Shown piece after piece: positions 1-10,572 of a stretch of 30,384 nt of DNA (the first letter of the stretch is position 1; each line of letters begins with the position of its first letter). Source of the stretch: Macrostomum lignano (lineage: Eukaryota); assembly GCA_002269645.1 (NCBI GenBank), contig NIVC01004950.1, positions 1-30,384 of the forward strand, given 5' to 3'. The notes beneath the pieces are model-generated. The model was not told the DNA's origin. It saw only the letters and a program-made list of their open reading frames with translations, and searched no databases. The position numbers and the translations under genes were made by a program.

Positions 1-576
1 GGGGTTCGCTGGAAAAGCGTTGTCTTTTCAAAGATATATCTCTCTCTCTCTCTGAAGTTTCTTTGGTGAAGTGTTAATGGGTAATGTGAGTAAAGAGTAA
101 TGGAGGGGTTTATACTCACTCGTTTATTGTATGAATCGATTTAAAAAAGGAAATACAAGATTGATTTTGGAAAGGAGTGGTTGAAAGATAGTTGGAATTT
201 GAAAACTTATTGTAAAAAATCTTGTGCCATTATGTCAATCCTATGTTTTCACTTCATGAATTTTTAATAAACGGACTTTGGATTGAGTTTGAAAATTTGA
301 AACTCAGAATTAGATTAGCTACACTATTGCTTAATGCAATTTTATTTGACTTATGCAAGTCGTTTTAGTTAATTAAGCCAGCAAAGAGAATTTATGTGCT
401 ATTTGATAGTACTTTGGGCAACATACATGTAGATATGTCCGCTATGGTCGGGCATTTTCCTCACTTTAACACACTTTAAATTTCAGTTTTTATTTAACTA
501 CAACGCTCTACGCTGTAGAGTGTAGCTACCACATGAGCTAATTAACTGTCACTAAAACGGGTTCTAGATTCAGTAC

Positions 577-1092
577 TTATGAAAGATTGTACCTCCATAG
601 TGTTTTTAGGCGTTGTGAAATTTAGGTCTTGTGAAAGATTGTAGCTCCATAGTGCTTTTAGACGTCGTGAAATTTAGGTCTTGTGAAAGATTGTATCTCC
701 ATAGTGTTTTTAGGCGTTGTGAAATTTAGGTCTTGTGAAAGATTGTATCTCCATAGTGTTTTTAGGCGTTGTGAAATTTAGGTCTTGTGAAAGATTGTAT
801 CTCCATAGTGTTTTTAGGCGTTGTGAAATTTAGAGCTTCTGAAAATAGAAGCAAATTTAATTTTCGACGTTGTGATATTTAGGGTTTGTGAAATTTAAGG
901 TTTGTGAAATTTAGAGATTGTAAAATTTAGGGCTTTTGAAATTCTGTGCATGCCTTTTAGGTGTTATGAAATTTAGGGCTTGTGAAATCTGCTGCATTGC
1001 TTTTTTTCGACGTTGTGAAAATTAGGGTTAATGAAATATAGGTCTTATGAAAGGTTCTGGTTTCGACGTTGTGAAAATTAGGGTTTGTGAAA
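577..1092. repeat. 52-bp tandem repeat (about 5 copies, 577-843) decaying into roughly 17-18-bp TTGTGAAATTTAGGG-like units
   Basis: GTGAAAGATT recurs at 631, 683, 735 and 787 (period 52). Degenerate TTGTGAAA units continue to about 1092. Confidence 0.9.
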
Positions 1093-2877
1093 CGACCCTC
1101 TTCGTGTTCTCCAATATTAGCTGTCTAGCTAGAGAAAAAAAATAAGCCTCGCGAGAGAAACAAGCGCAGGAATGAGTATAGAAGTTTATGAAAGATCACG
1201 CGCGCCACTAGCAGTAGTATATGGAGCATTATTTTTATTAATAAAAATATGAGGACAAAGGCCTATTATAAAATGATTCGGAAAAATACTATATGAACTT
1301 TCTCGATGCTAGAAGCGGAATAGGACACAATTAAATTTAATAAACTGTTAAATCAAATTTGCGTTATAGCAAAGCTAATATATATTATATATGGTATAAG
1401 AATACAACTTTAAACAAAATAACAGCACAAGAAACTAAATTGAATTCAATATAATAACTGTTCTCAGTTTAAATAGAAGAAATGGAAAAAAATAATTATA
1501 AATGATTGGGTCGAATCATTTTGCTTCTTTACACCAAGAAACTTAGAATAAAAAACATGAGGCATCAGTTATCTCTGGTGAGTTTTTATCAGTCAAAAAA
1601 AGACCATGCTTTCTACTACTTAGTCAGTAGACTAAAATATTTTTGCCAGAGAAAGGTCTTGGAACGGGATTTAATATTAGAAGATTCAGTTGAAGAGTTT
1701 ATATCATTATTGGATTCTATTTAATTCAACTAGCCAGCCATAAATATGACGGTCTTTCGAATAGAAATGAACTAACACAATATCATAATAGTCTCTATAC
1801 TATATTATAAGTCTTCTATAAACTGCCTTGATGTGCTTTCAATCGGAACTAACTTGATCATAACACAACAATATATAGTATAACACAGAGCAGGCTAAAG
1901 CGGTAAGTTAGTGGCTTGACTGATGCAGCACAAATATGTGATTAAAAAACGGCAATTGCTACTAATAGTAGAGCAGTTAGGAAAATCGGTACAATAGTTA
2001 ATAATGATAGTTAAAAACGGGAAAGGCTGCTAGGGAAGTTAAAGAGTTACTAACAAAATATATATATAGTTGAGCGCTCAGCCCTCAGCACAGTGCGAGC
2101 AGACACTGGAACTTTATATGGTTCTAGTATATATAATATATATACACGCATGCTGTACAAGTACACACAGAATGAATACAAAGTTTAGTATGAAAATTAT
2201 ATGCATATATTTATAGGTTGAAAATCGGACAACACAAGGGGGAATGATTAAGGGGGAAAAGGAAACTCTATCTGCCAATAATAATGAGTATTAATACATC
2301 GGTGCTGTGTTTTACAAATAGTAGTGCTTATTATTAACAGCATTTTTTGTCAATAAACCGCCTGCGCTGGCTTTAGTGAAATAGATTTATCTTCTGTGGA
2401 TCTGTGGTTACAAAAAATATAAGTTGTGTAATAATAATAGAAATAGTCACCGGGAGTCGCATCTTTACACAACAAACCATATATTATTCATAGTTAGCTT
2501 TATTTATTCGGGACACAGGCTGATAAATAAATAATAGTTATTATTCATCTCTGCTAACTATAATACGTATTGCACGAGGAGGCCAGATTAAGAATTCAAA
2601 TAATCGCGATGCACTAAATCCATAATTTAACAGCGGATAGTCGCGCAAATAGTAAGTACATCTCGCTACTGTAAGTAGATAGGAAAATACTCCGATTCGG
2701 TCTGTTTATTTTCGAGCAGTGTTAAGAACAGAAAAAATAGAGAGCTAAATATATAAATAATTAGTTTAGCATCAGCTGCGGTCCAGCAAACAACGCAATC
2801 AATTGAATCAGTTTATCAAGTACGAAGATCATCTAATTTACTATTATAGTTATTATTATTTATTTAGAAAACACTAA

Positions 2878-3510
2878 CTAGGATAGGCAGCAGCGCCGCT
2901 TCTTCCGACCCGTGGAGGCGGCGGGAGCGGCGGCTGGTGGCTGCGGGGCTGGCGGAGCTTCGCTGCACGTGGAGGCGCCAGAGGAGGCCTGGCCGCAGCG
3001 GGCGCCGCCGGCTTTGAAATCGATGCCGTCGTCCTCGTCGTCAGTGGCCAGAATGTCGTCCGGCTGTTCGCCAGTCAGCGCCGCCTCAGAGGCCAGGCTA
3101 AGCCCATGCGTCTCGTACTGCGAGCGCCGGTGCATTCGTTCCTCGAATGCCTGCCGGACCCTGGCAACGGTGGCCGCGGCGTCTTCCACTTCGCAGACTG
3201 ACTCCAGCCGGATCCAATCCTGGCCGGGCACTGGCGCCGCCGACTGCTTCTGAAGCCAATCGAACTGCCTGGCCTTGGCCGGGTCCGGCCGGTCCGCCGC
3301 CGTGTAGGCCATGAGAGCCCCGATCAGCTGCTGGCAGGCCTCGCTAACCCAGCTCTCGATGGTGTAGCGACCCTCGGCTATCCGCTCGTAGATTAGCAGC
3401 ACATTCTTCTCCCTGTAGGGCACCCGGCCGCACACCATAAAGTACAAGCACACGCCGGCGCAATAGATGTCCAGGCGGAAGCCGGAGAACTGCTTGCTGC
3501 CGTCCGCAAC
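2878..3510 (-). CDS. STK11: LKB1/STK11-like kinase, last coding exon (subdomains IX-XI and C-terminal tail ending RKKRRCCLS*)
   Basis: Acceptor ACAAACCAG| at 3512-3511, phase 0. It reads VADGSKQFSGFRLDIYCAGVCLYFMVCGRVPY, matching LKB1 [32 protein letters not shown], and joins in frame to QPPE. TAG at 2880-2878; CaaX terminus as in LKB1. Confidence 0.9.
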   Translation of the reverse strand, partial: VADGSKQFSGFRLDIYCAGVCLYFMVCGRVPYREKNVLLIYERIAEGRYTIESWVSEACQQLIGALMAYTAADRPDPAKARQFDWLQKQSAAPVPGQDWIRLESVCEVEDAAATVARVRQAFEERMHRRSQYETHGLSLASEAALTGEQPDDILATDDEDDGIDFKAGGARCGQASSGASTCSEAPPAPQPPAAAPAASTGRKKRRCCLS

Positions 3511-3784
3511 CTGGTTTGTTTGGTATAAATTGGGACAATTTAACCCAGGCTGGCCCAGTTCACCAATTTTAATTGGCTCTGATGTAACTGGGTACAGCGG
3601 CCCTAACTTTATTTATCCTAAGGCATGTACACTTCACTGTGCCTTGGGGGTTGGCCCTCAAGGGCATTAATTGCACGAGCAGAGCCAAGCCGAGATCCCA
3701 ATTTAACCCAAATTAAGGTGACTGACATAAGAGCGACGCGCTAGACCGCCCGCCTTAAATCTAGGCTCTTCATTAAGTAAAAAT

Positions 3785-4850
3785 ACAAAGCCGTTTTTCC
3801 TCCCGTCGAACTACCAAGGGAGGGGGGATTTTCCTTGAGACTTTGTGTCACCAGTTGAAGGAGACGACGGCGTCTGGATGACGACTGAATGCTTGAGCAG
3901 CTTGGCTTAGAGCTGCTCACCTCCACGTGCTGTCAAGCGGCCTGCTGGCGTGGCCAACTGGCAAAGTAACAGCTCAAGGGGTGGCAGGCCTGCAGTCATG
4001 AGCTCGCGCAAAAGTTCGGCGAACCCCCTCTCACTGAGCGGCTTCGGACCCACGACCCGATGCACCTCTTTAAACATCATTCTACTGAACTGCTCTCCGG
4101 GTTACAACGGTCAGGCGGTTGCAGTTTTGGTGGCTCCATGCCTAACGGACGGCGATAACTGGGCCCAAGAGTTGTAGCCGTCAGATTGGAGTGGCTCGAA
4201 GAGCGCCACGCCTTCCGGCAACAAAAGACGAGAAGAAGAATTCTTGAGAAACCAGTTGCTACCTAGCAGTTGAGATTTGATCGTTATTGAAGCTTGATAA
4301 GAAAAAGCAGGTATAGTTGCAACAGGGTGTCCACAATCGTCTTTGTAGGGAGTAGGCCGTGCGCTGCACTCTCTGCCCCACATTATTATTCATGACTCAT
4401 TCTCTCGCCTAAAATTGTTTACTAATTCTCGACCAATCGCGCATCGCTTCACCCCACCCCACAATATTGACTAATAAATATATTGAGTAAACAGAGCCTT
4501 ACAGAGGCCACCTTTTTTCGGCACGCAAACCTAGACTTCACAGTCTTGTATCACCCGTTAAAGGTGCCGACGGCGTCGGGTGATGTGGGAATGCTTGTGA
4601 GACCAGCTGAGGATGTCCAGCAGTTGAGGTTTGACCATTGGCGAGGCTTGATCAGCTAAACTCAGAAATTCGCAACACGGTGTCCATGATCACCTGGTGC
4701 CACCTGCTGAAGGTCCAGAAGCTCCCCCTGGGTGAAGGCCAGAGACCAAGGAGGTCAGCGCTGATGCAAGCACATGTGGTCGACGTGCTGATAAAATTTG
4801 GAGGCTTGGCAAGGCTGCACTGAGGCGCAGTGCTAATTGACGCACTTTAT
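3785..4850. mobile_element. Second, rearranged copy of the same repeat family in the STK11 intron
   Basis: 3790-3835 matches about 20000-20045 (CCGT(C/T)GAACTACCAAG.GGGGG). 3850-3900, 4268-4340 and 4558-4700 match the 151-bp unit (e.g. ATTGAAGCTTGATAAGAAAAA). 4700-4848 matches the right arm (GGTCCAGAAGCTCC...GGCAAGGCTGCACTGAGG.GCAGTGCTAATTG). Confidence 0.75.
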
Positions 4851-4867
4851 AGACAACAGCGCCTGCT

Positions 4868-6127
4868 GAGAATTTACTCGGCTTTGAAATGTGACCACAT
4901 ACTCAAGAGCCAGTTGCGAGAATTTACTCGGATTTTAAATGTGACCAAATACTCAAGAGCCGGTTGCGAGAATTTACTCGGATTTTAAATGTCACCAAAT
5001 ACTCAAGAGCCGGTTGCGAGAATTTACTCGGATTTTAAGTGTGACCAAATACTCAAGAGCCGGTTGCGAGAATTTACTCGGATTTTAAGTGTGACCAAAT
5101 ACTCAAGAGCCAGTTGCGAGAATTTACTCGGATTTTAAATGTGACCAAATACTCAAGAGCCGGTTGCGAGAATTTACTCGGATTTTAAGTGTGACCAAAT
5201 ACTCAAGAGCCGGTTTCGAGAATTTACTCGGATTTTAAATGTCACCAAATACTCAAGAGCCGGTTGCGAGAATTTACTCGGATTTTAAGTGTGACCAAAT
5301 ACTCAAGAGCCGGTTGCGAGAATTTACTCGGATTTTAAATGTCACCAAATACTCAAGAGCCGGTTGCGAGAATTTACTCGGATTTTAAGTGTGACCAAAT
5401 ACTCCAAGAGCCGGGGTTGCGAGAATTTACTCGGATTTTAAGTGTGACCAAATACTCAAGAGCCGGTTGCGAGAATTTACTCGGATTTTAAATGTCACCA
5501 AATACTCAAGAGCCGGTTGCGAGAATTTACTCGGATTTTAAGTGTGACCAAATACTCAAGAGCCGGTTGCGAGAATTTACTCGGATTTTAAGTGTGACCA
5601 AATACTCAAGAGCCGGTTGCGAGAATTTACTCGGATTTTAAATGTCACCAAATACTCAAGAGCCGGTTGCGAGAATTTACTCGGATTTTAAGTGTGACCA
5701 AATACTCCAAGAGCCGGGGTTGCGAGAATTTACTCGGATTTTAAGTGTGACCAAATACTCAAGAGCCGGTTGCGAGAATTTACTCGGATTTTAAGTGTGA
5801 CCAAATACTCCAAGAGCCGGTTGCGAGAATTTACTCGGATTTTAAGTGTGACCAAATACTCAAGAGCCGGTTGCGAGAATTTACTCGGATTTTAAGTGTG
5901 ACCAAATACTCCAAGAGCCGGTTGCGAGAATTTACTCGGATTTTAAGTGTGACCAAATACTCAAGAGCCGGTTGCGAGAATTTACTCGGATTTTAAATGT
6001 CACCAAATACTCAAGAGCCGGTTGCGAGAATTTACTCGGATTTTAAGTGTGACCAAATACTCAAGAGCCGGTTGCGAGAATTTACTCGGATTTTAAATGT
6101 CACCAAATACTCAATAGCCGGTTGCGT
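4868..6127. repeat. 50-bp minisatellite, about 25 copies, in the STK11 intron
   Basis: Unit GAGAATTTACTCGGATTTTAA(A/G)TGT(G/C)ACCAAATACTCAAGAGCCGGTTGC repeated head to tail with no spacers. Confidence 0.97.
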
Positions 6128-6204
6128 TATTCGCAGCTCTGACAGAAATGTGAAAAGTTTGTCATTTAGTAGTCATGGAGAACTCCTTGCCCAACTACAC
6201 TCAC

Positions 6205-6993
6205 CTCAGGCGGTTGAATAGCAGGTGTAGCCTGAGTGCCAGTGATGGTATCGTCAAGCGCACTCTCCGGCAGCTGCTCGCAAACGCCAAAATCGGTAAT
6301 CTTAACCGTGTGATCGGCTGTGAGCAGCAAATTGCCCGGCTTCAGATCTTTGTGAACAATGCGCAGATTATGCAAATATTCAACGCCGTCTAATAGCTGG
6401 GCAAAATAGTGCCGCGCCTGCGACTCCGGCAGGCAGCGGAAATATTCGGCATCCATTGTCATGCCCTTGGACTGCAGGTCGTGGATGCTGCAGACGGCAA
6501 ACTCCATCACTAGGTAGCGTTTCTGGCACTGCTCGTCGGAGAAATCGGCGTACAACCGGACGGTATTGACGTGCTTCAGCTGGCGCATTGTGGCGGCCTC
6601 TCGCTCAACAGTCTCCAGACCCTGCGGAATCTTGCGCACCAGCCTGATTGTCACAATCTTAACGGCTAGCCGGTCGCCAGTCTGTCTGTCTACGCACAGC
6701 TTCACCTTGCCGTAGGAGCCTTCGCCTAATTTCTCATCTAATAAATAGCGATCTTGCAGCAGCTTAGGCGGCTTGTTCACGTATACGATTGAGGTCTCGT
6801 CTAGTCTGGTGATGAAATTATGCAGCTCGCCATTCAGCTCGCTGATGTCCTCGTTGCAGCCGCCGTCGAATTCATCGACTATGGCGCCGCAGACGGCCGC
6901 TGACGCTGAGACTGCTGGGAGTTGCAGCTCGCCAGAGTGTTGCGAGGCTGGAATGCCCGAGTGCCGGGGCGACTTTAGGGTGATTTTTCTCAA
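6205..6993 (-). CDS. STK11: LKB1/STK11 (PAR-4)-like Ser/Thr kinase, first visible coding exon (subdomains I-VIII); true 5' end unresolved
   Basis: Translation has FITRLDETSIVY (LKB1 N-terminal FIHRIDSTEVIY-like), GEGSYGKVK, LAVK, HKDLKPGN (LKB1 HKDIKPGN), DFG and QPPE. Exon ends GAG|GTGAGT (donor 6204-6199, phase 0). The ORF-track 'M' at 6993 is a TTG; the frame stays open to about 7068 with no ATG. Confidence 0.88.
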
Positions 6994-7023
6994 GGAGATG
7001 TCGCGTGTGGTGTAGGAGTACCC

Positions 7024-7563
7024 ACTGCCATTGGGGGAGATTATCCAGGGCGACTGCCATTGGGGACATTATCCAGGGCGACTGCCATTGCAGAGACTAT
7101 CCAGAATGACTCTCGTGAAGGGGGACTGCCATTGGGGGAGATTATCCAGGGCGACTGCCATTGGGGACATTATCCAGGGCGACTGCCATTGCAGAGACTA
7201 TCCAGAATGACTCTCGTGAAGGGGGACTGCCATTGGGGGAGATTATCCAGGGCGACTGCCATTGGGAAGATTATCCAGGGCGACTGCCATTGGGGAGATT
7301 ATCCAGGGCGACTGCCATTGGAGATTATCCAGGACGACTGTCTTTGGGGAGATTATCCAGGGCGACTGCCATTGGGAGATTATCCAAGGCGACTGTCTTT
7401 GGGGAGATTATCCAGGGCGACTGCCATTGGGAGATTATCCAGGGCGAATGCCATTGGGGAGTCGGGAGATTATCCAGGGCGACTGCCATTGGTAGATAAT
7501 CCAGGGCGACTGCCATTGGGGAGATTATCCAGGGCAACTGTCTTTGGGGAGATTATTCAGGGT
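7024..7563. repeat. 27-28-bp minisatellite with a 101-bp higher-order duplication (7060-7160 / 7161-7261)
   Basis: Unit GGGGAGATTATCCAGGGCGACTGCCATT. The ORF-track entries at 7060 and 7161 start with identical peptides. Confidence 0.95.
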
Positions 7564-8767
7564 AACTCTTGTGAATGGCATATTAGAATTGATTTACAAA
7601 TAGGCCTATGCAATGAGCCCAGGATAATGGCCATTATAGTCATTTAACTTTGCAACAAAGATATACTTTTTAATAGAATACTTTAATTTAACTTCTTATA
7701 AATCACAAAACCAATATACAAAATAAAATATATTTTAAATATATTATAATTGTTCATTTAAAACCAATTTATTCACCATTGACTACCTATCATTGATAAA
7801 ATTCTAATAAGTAAATATTCTAATAATAAGTTAAGAAATTTTTGTTTAGTTAGCCAAATCAGTTGTTTTGATTGATATATTAATATCAATATATCAATCA
7901 AAACTCTAAATATTGTTTTTTATTATATATAATATATCAATCAAAACAATAGTTTGGATTATATATTTAGAGATATGGGGAAACAAGTATTTAGGGTAAA
8001 AAATTAAAATTTGTTTTTTATTATTCAGTGTTCTATGTTAATGATGTTGCATATAGTATATTTTATATAAATTCATTATTTTTTATAGTATTCTAACTAT
8101 AGATATAAGCCAAAAATTTACCACTGTATTATGTACCTAGAATATACACTGATATATATTAGAAAATGGCAACTACCTTTATTATATCCTAGGAAATCCT
8201 AGTATACATATTGCCTTTTGAACTATATCATATATAATACTGTTTACAATAGAATATTATATCTATGACTATATCATATATTATTTTTTATAGTCATTAA
8301 TATTAAGTAACTTCTTGAATATGGCTTAAAAATGTTTAAAAATGTTAATTTAAAGTTACTAAAATTCTAGACTGATACTAATAGACAATAACCATATGGT
8401 AAAATAAAAAGTAATTTTATAGAAAGATATAGAAAGAAAGAAAAAGATAATTATATTGAAAAGCTACTAAATGTTATAAGATATGATAGGCTAGGCCCTA
8501 GTCAAACAGTTTGATATCTAGGCTTTGTTATAGGCCTAAGGCCTAGCTAAAAAATTTTGCCAGAATTTTTATAGCCTACAGTTGTATTGTATATAGGCCT
8601 ACCATTGGCTATGTTGAAGGTGCCCTATCTTGATAAAATATATAATTTTCATCTAGGTAGATAGTCATAGATGCTCTTTAATAATAGCAGTCTGTTTTTT
8701 ATAATATATATAATATAGCTATCTATTACAGGCCCACTTGTCTTAGCCTTAGGCCTATTGCCTTTTG

Positions 8768-9181
8768 GCAGTTGTTATTTGTTCAGTGACCGGACGAATA
8801 GCCTTTTTGCTGTTTGTCCAGTTAAATTGCTAACACAAATATCTTATTTGTTTTGTGATGAATATTCTAGATTTTTTTAGACCTTTTCTCGTATAAAGCA
8901 GTGTATTCAATATGGCATAATTTGGTGTATAAGACACACACTAGTATAACAATATAATAATCAAGACACGACACGAGTAAGAAGTCTTTGAAGTCTAGGA
9001 ATATTTACCCTTGTGGTTTTTATAAACTAGATATTTTAGCATTATCAATTTAACTGGACAAATAACAAAATGTCTATTTGTCCGGTATTAACCGGATGAA
9101 TAGGAAAGCATGGTCAGGATCCAGTAACCGGACAAATAACCACATTGCTATTTGTCCGGTCACTGGACAGATAACAACTGC
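8768..9181. mobile_element. MITE-like imperfect inverted repeat
   Basis: GCAGTTGTTATTTGTTCAGTGACCGGACGAATAGC (8768) pairs with GCTATTTGTCCGGTCACTGGACAGATAACAACTGC (ending 9181). TTTGTCCAGTTAAATTG (about 8813) pairs with CAATTTAACTGGACAAA (about 9047). No target-site duplication identified. Confidence 0.5.
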
Positions 9182-9398
9182 CTTGCCTTTTAGTAGGCAA
9201 TTTAGTAGGGGCCTGGTACTAGGGCGCCTAGTAGTTTCAATGCTTGTACATAAAAAGGAAATAGTTTTGTTGATTTATCAACATATAGCTGTTAATGTTA
9301 GCAGTAGCAATAATTTAACAAAAATTAGGCCTAATAAATTATTCATTTTTAATGCATTCCAAAATTATGAGCCAAAGCTGATGTTTTTATAATTAGGA

Positions 9399-10572
9399 TT
9401 TTCATATTACCGATTACAGAACCAAAATCGATTTGGATCTCCTAGAAAAAAGCAGTAGGCCTATAAAAAAGTATAGCTATTTAACTTCGCTGAATGTTTG
9501 ACTGCCTTAACAACAGCCTCTTTTTGCACAAATTTTACTTTCTTCTTGGCTATTGCAATTCAATAGCTACAAATTTATAGCACGTATATTCCTCTAGTTA
9601 AGGGGACAAAAAGTTATACTTTACAAATTGGATCTGGTTTTAGAACCAGAACAAGCAATATTAAAAGGCGAAAGGCCCAATGTCCATGAAAGTTAAGCTT
9701 GAAAATTATCACCCGGTATTACTCGGTCAAACTTTAAACTGCAAATTCCACCAAACTATGGGTCTATTAATTACAAGCATAATAAAACTTAAAATAGGCC
9801 TACTCTATCGTAAATAAAAAAATTAAAAAGGACCTAAGCTTATTTGTATTAACATTTGTTTGTTATTATGCTTATATTTTTTTAAAGTATCAACGAAAGG
9901 AATGAGATTTTGCTGTACAGCTGAATCATATGAATACATTACAATGTTACATGACGGAATGCAGGATAACATCTAAATAGACTGTCCTAAAAGTTCGTCT
10001 TTACATTCACTGACTAAAAATTGGAATATTTCATACGCGCATCAAACAAACATGTAATATAGAATGTTTAGTATATTGAGATGTACATGTAGCTGCAGTT
10101 CCCTTGACCTCTCAAATTGCTCCCCAATCCCAACTTGCTCAACCAGCAAAACCCTCCCTTGATTTCTTCTTAACTGATAAATTATGTACATGTAAATTCT
10201 ACAAAATTCACGTATATGACAGAAATTCGCTTAGCTTAAGCTTAAAGTATGTTTACTTTACAGAACAAGCTAGCTTTACGCTTAAGCTTACTTCGCTTAG
10301 TAATCGGTTATCTATGAGGCTTTTCATATTACCAATTCCAGAATCAGAATCGGTTCGGAATTCCAAGAAAAACAGCAGTATAAATATTTAATTCTGTTGA
10401 ATGTTTGACTGCCTTAACAACCTCACTTAGCACAATTTTTCACTTTCTTCTTGGCGATTGTCATTCAATAATAAAAAATTTATAGCACGTATCTCCCTCT
10501 AGTTATGGAGACAAAAAGTTATACTTCACAAATTGGTTCTGGTTCTGGAACCAGAACAAGCAATATGAAAGG
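9399..10572. repeat. Diverged direct duplication of about 260-270 bp (9399-9668 and 10321-10572)
   Basis: Shared collinear blocks TTTTCATATTACC, GAATGTTTGACTGCCTTAACAAC, AATTTATAGCACGTAT, GACAAAAAGTTATACTT and AACCAGAACAAGCAATAT. Confidence 0.88.

Noticed and set aside
850-1092. Telomere-like TTAGGG/TTTAGGG motifs
   Set aside because: Isolated motifs within an 18-bp degenerate unit, not a tandem telomeric tract.
2912-3253. Plus-strand ORFs overlapping GC-rich exons (also 14700-15151, 25107-25530, 26134-26325)
   Set aside because: Antisense shadows of GC3-rich coding exons with no independent homology.
4868-6127. CRISPR-like regular array
   Set aside because: Units are contiguous with no unique spacers, there are no cas genes, and it lies in a eukaryotic intron. 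It is a minisatellite.
7060-7647. ORFs of 195, 112, 77 and 70 aa (GDYPGRLPL… repeats)
   Set aside because: These are translations of the 28-bp minisatellite in several frames and both strands.
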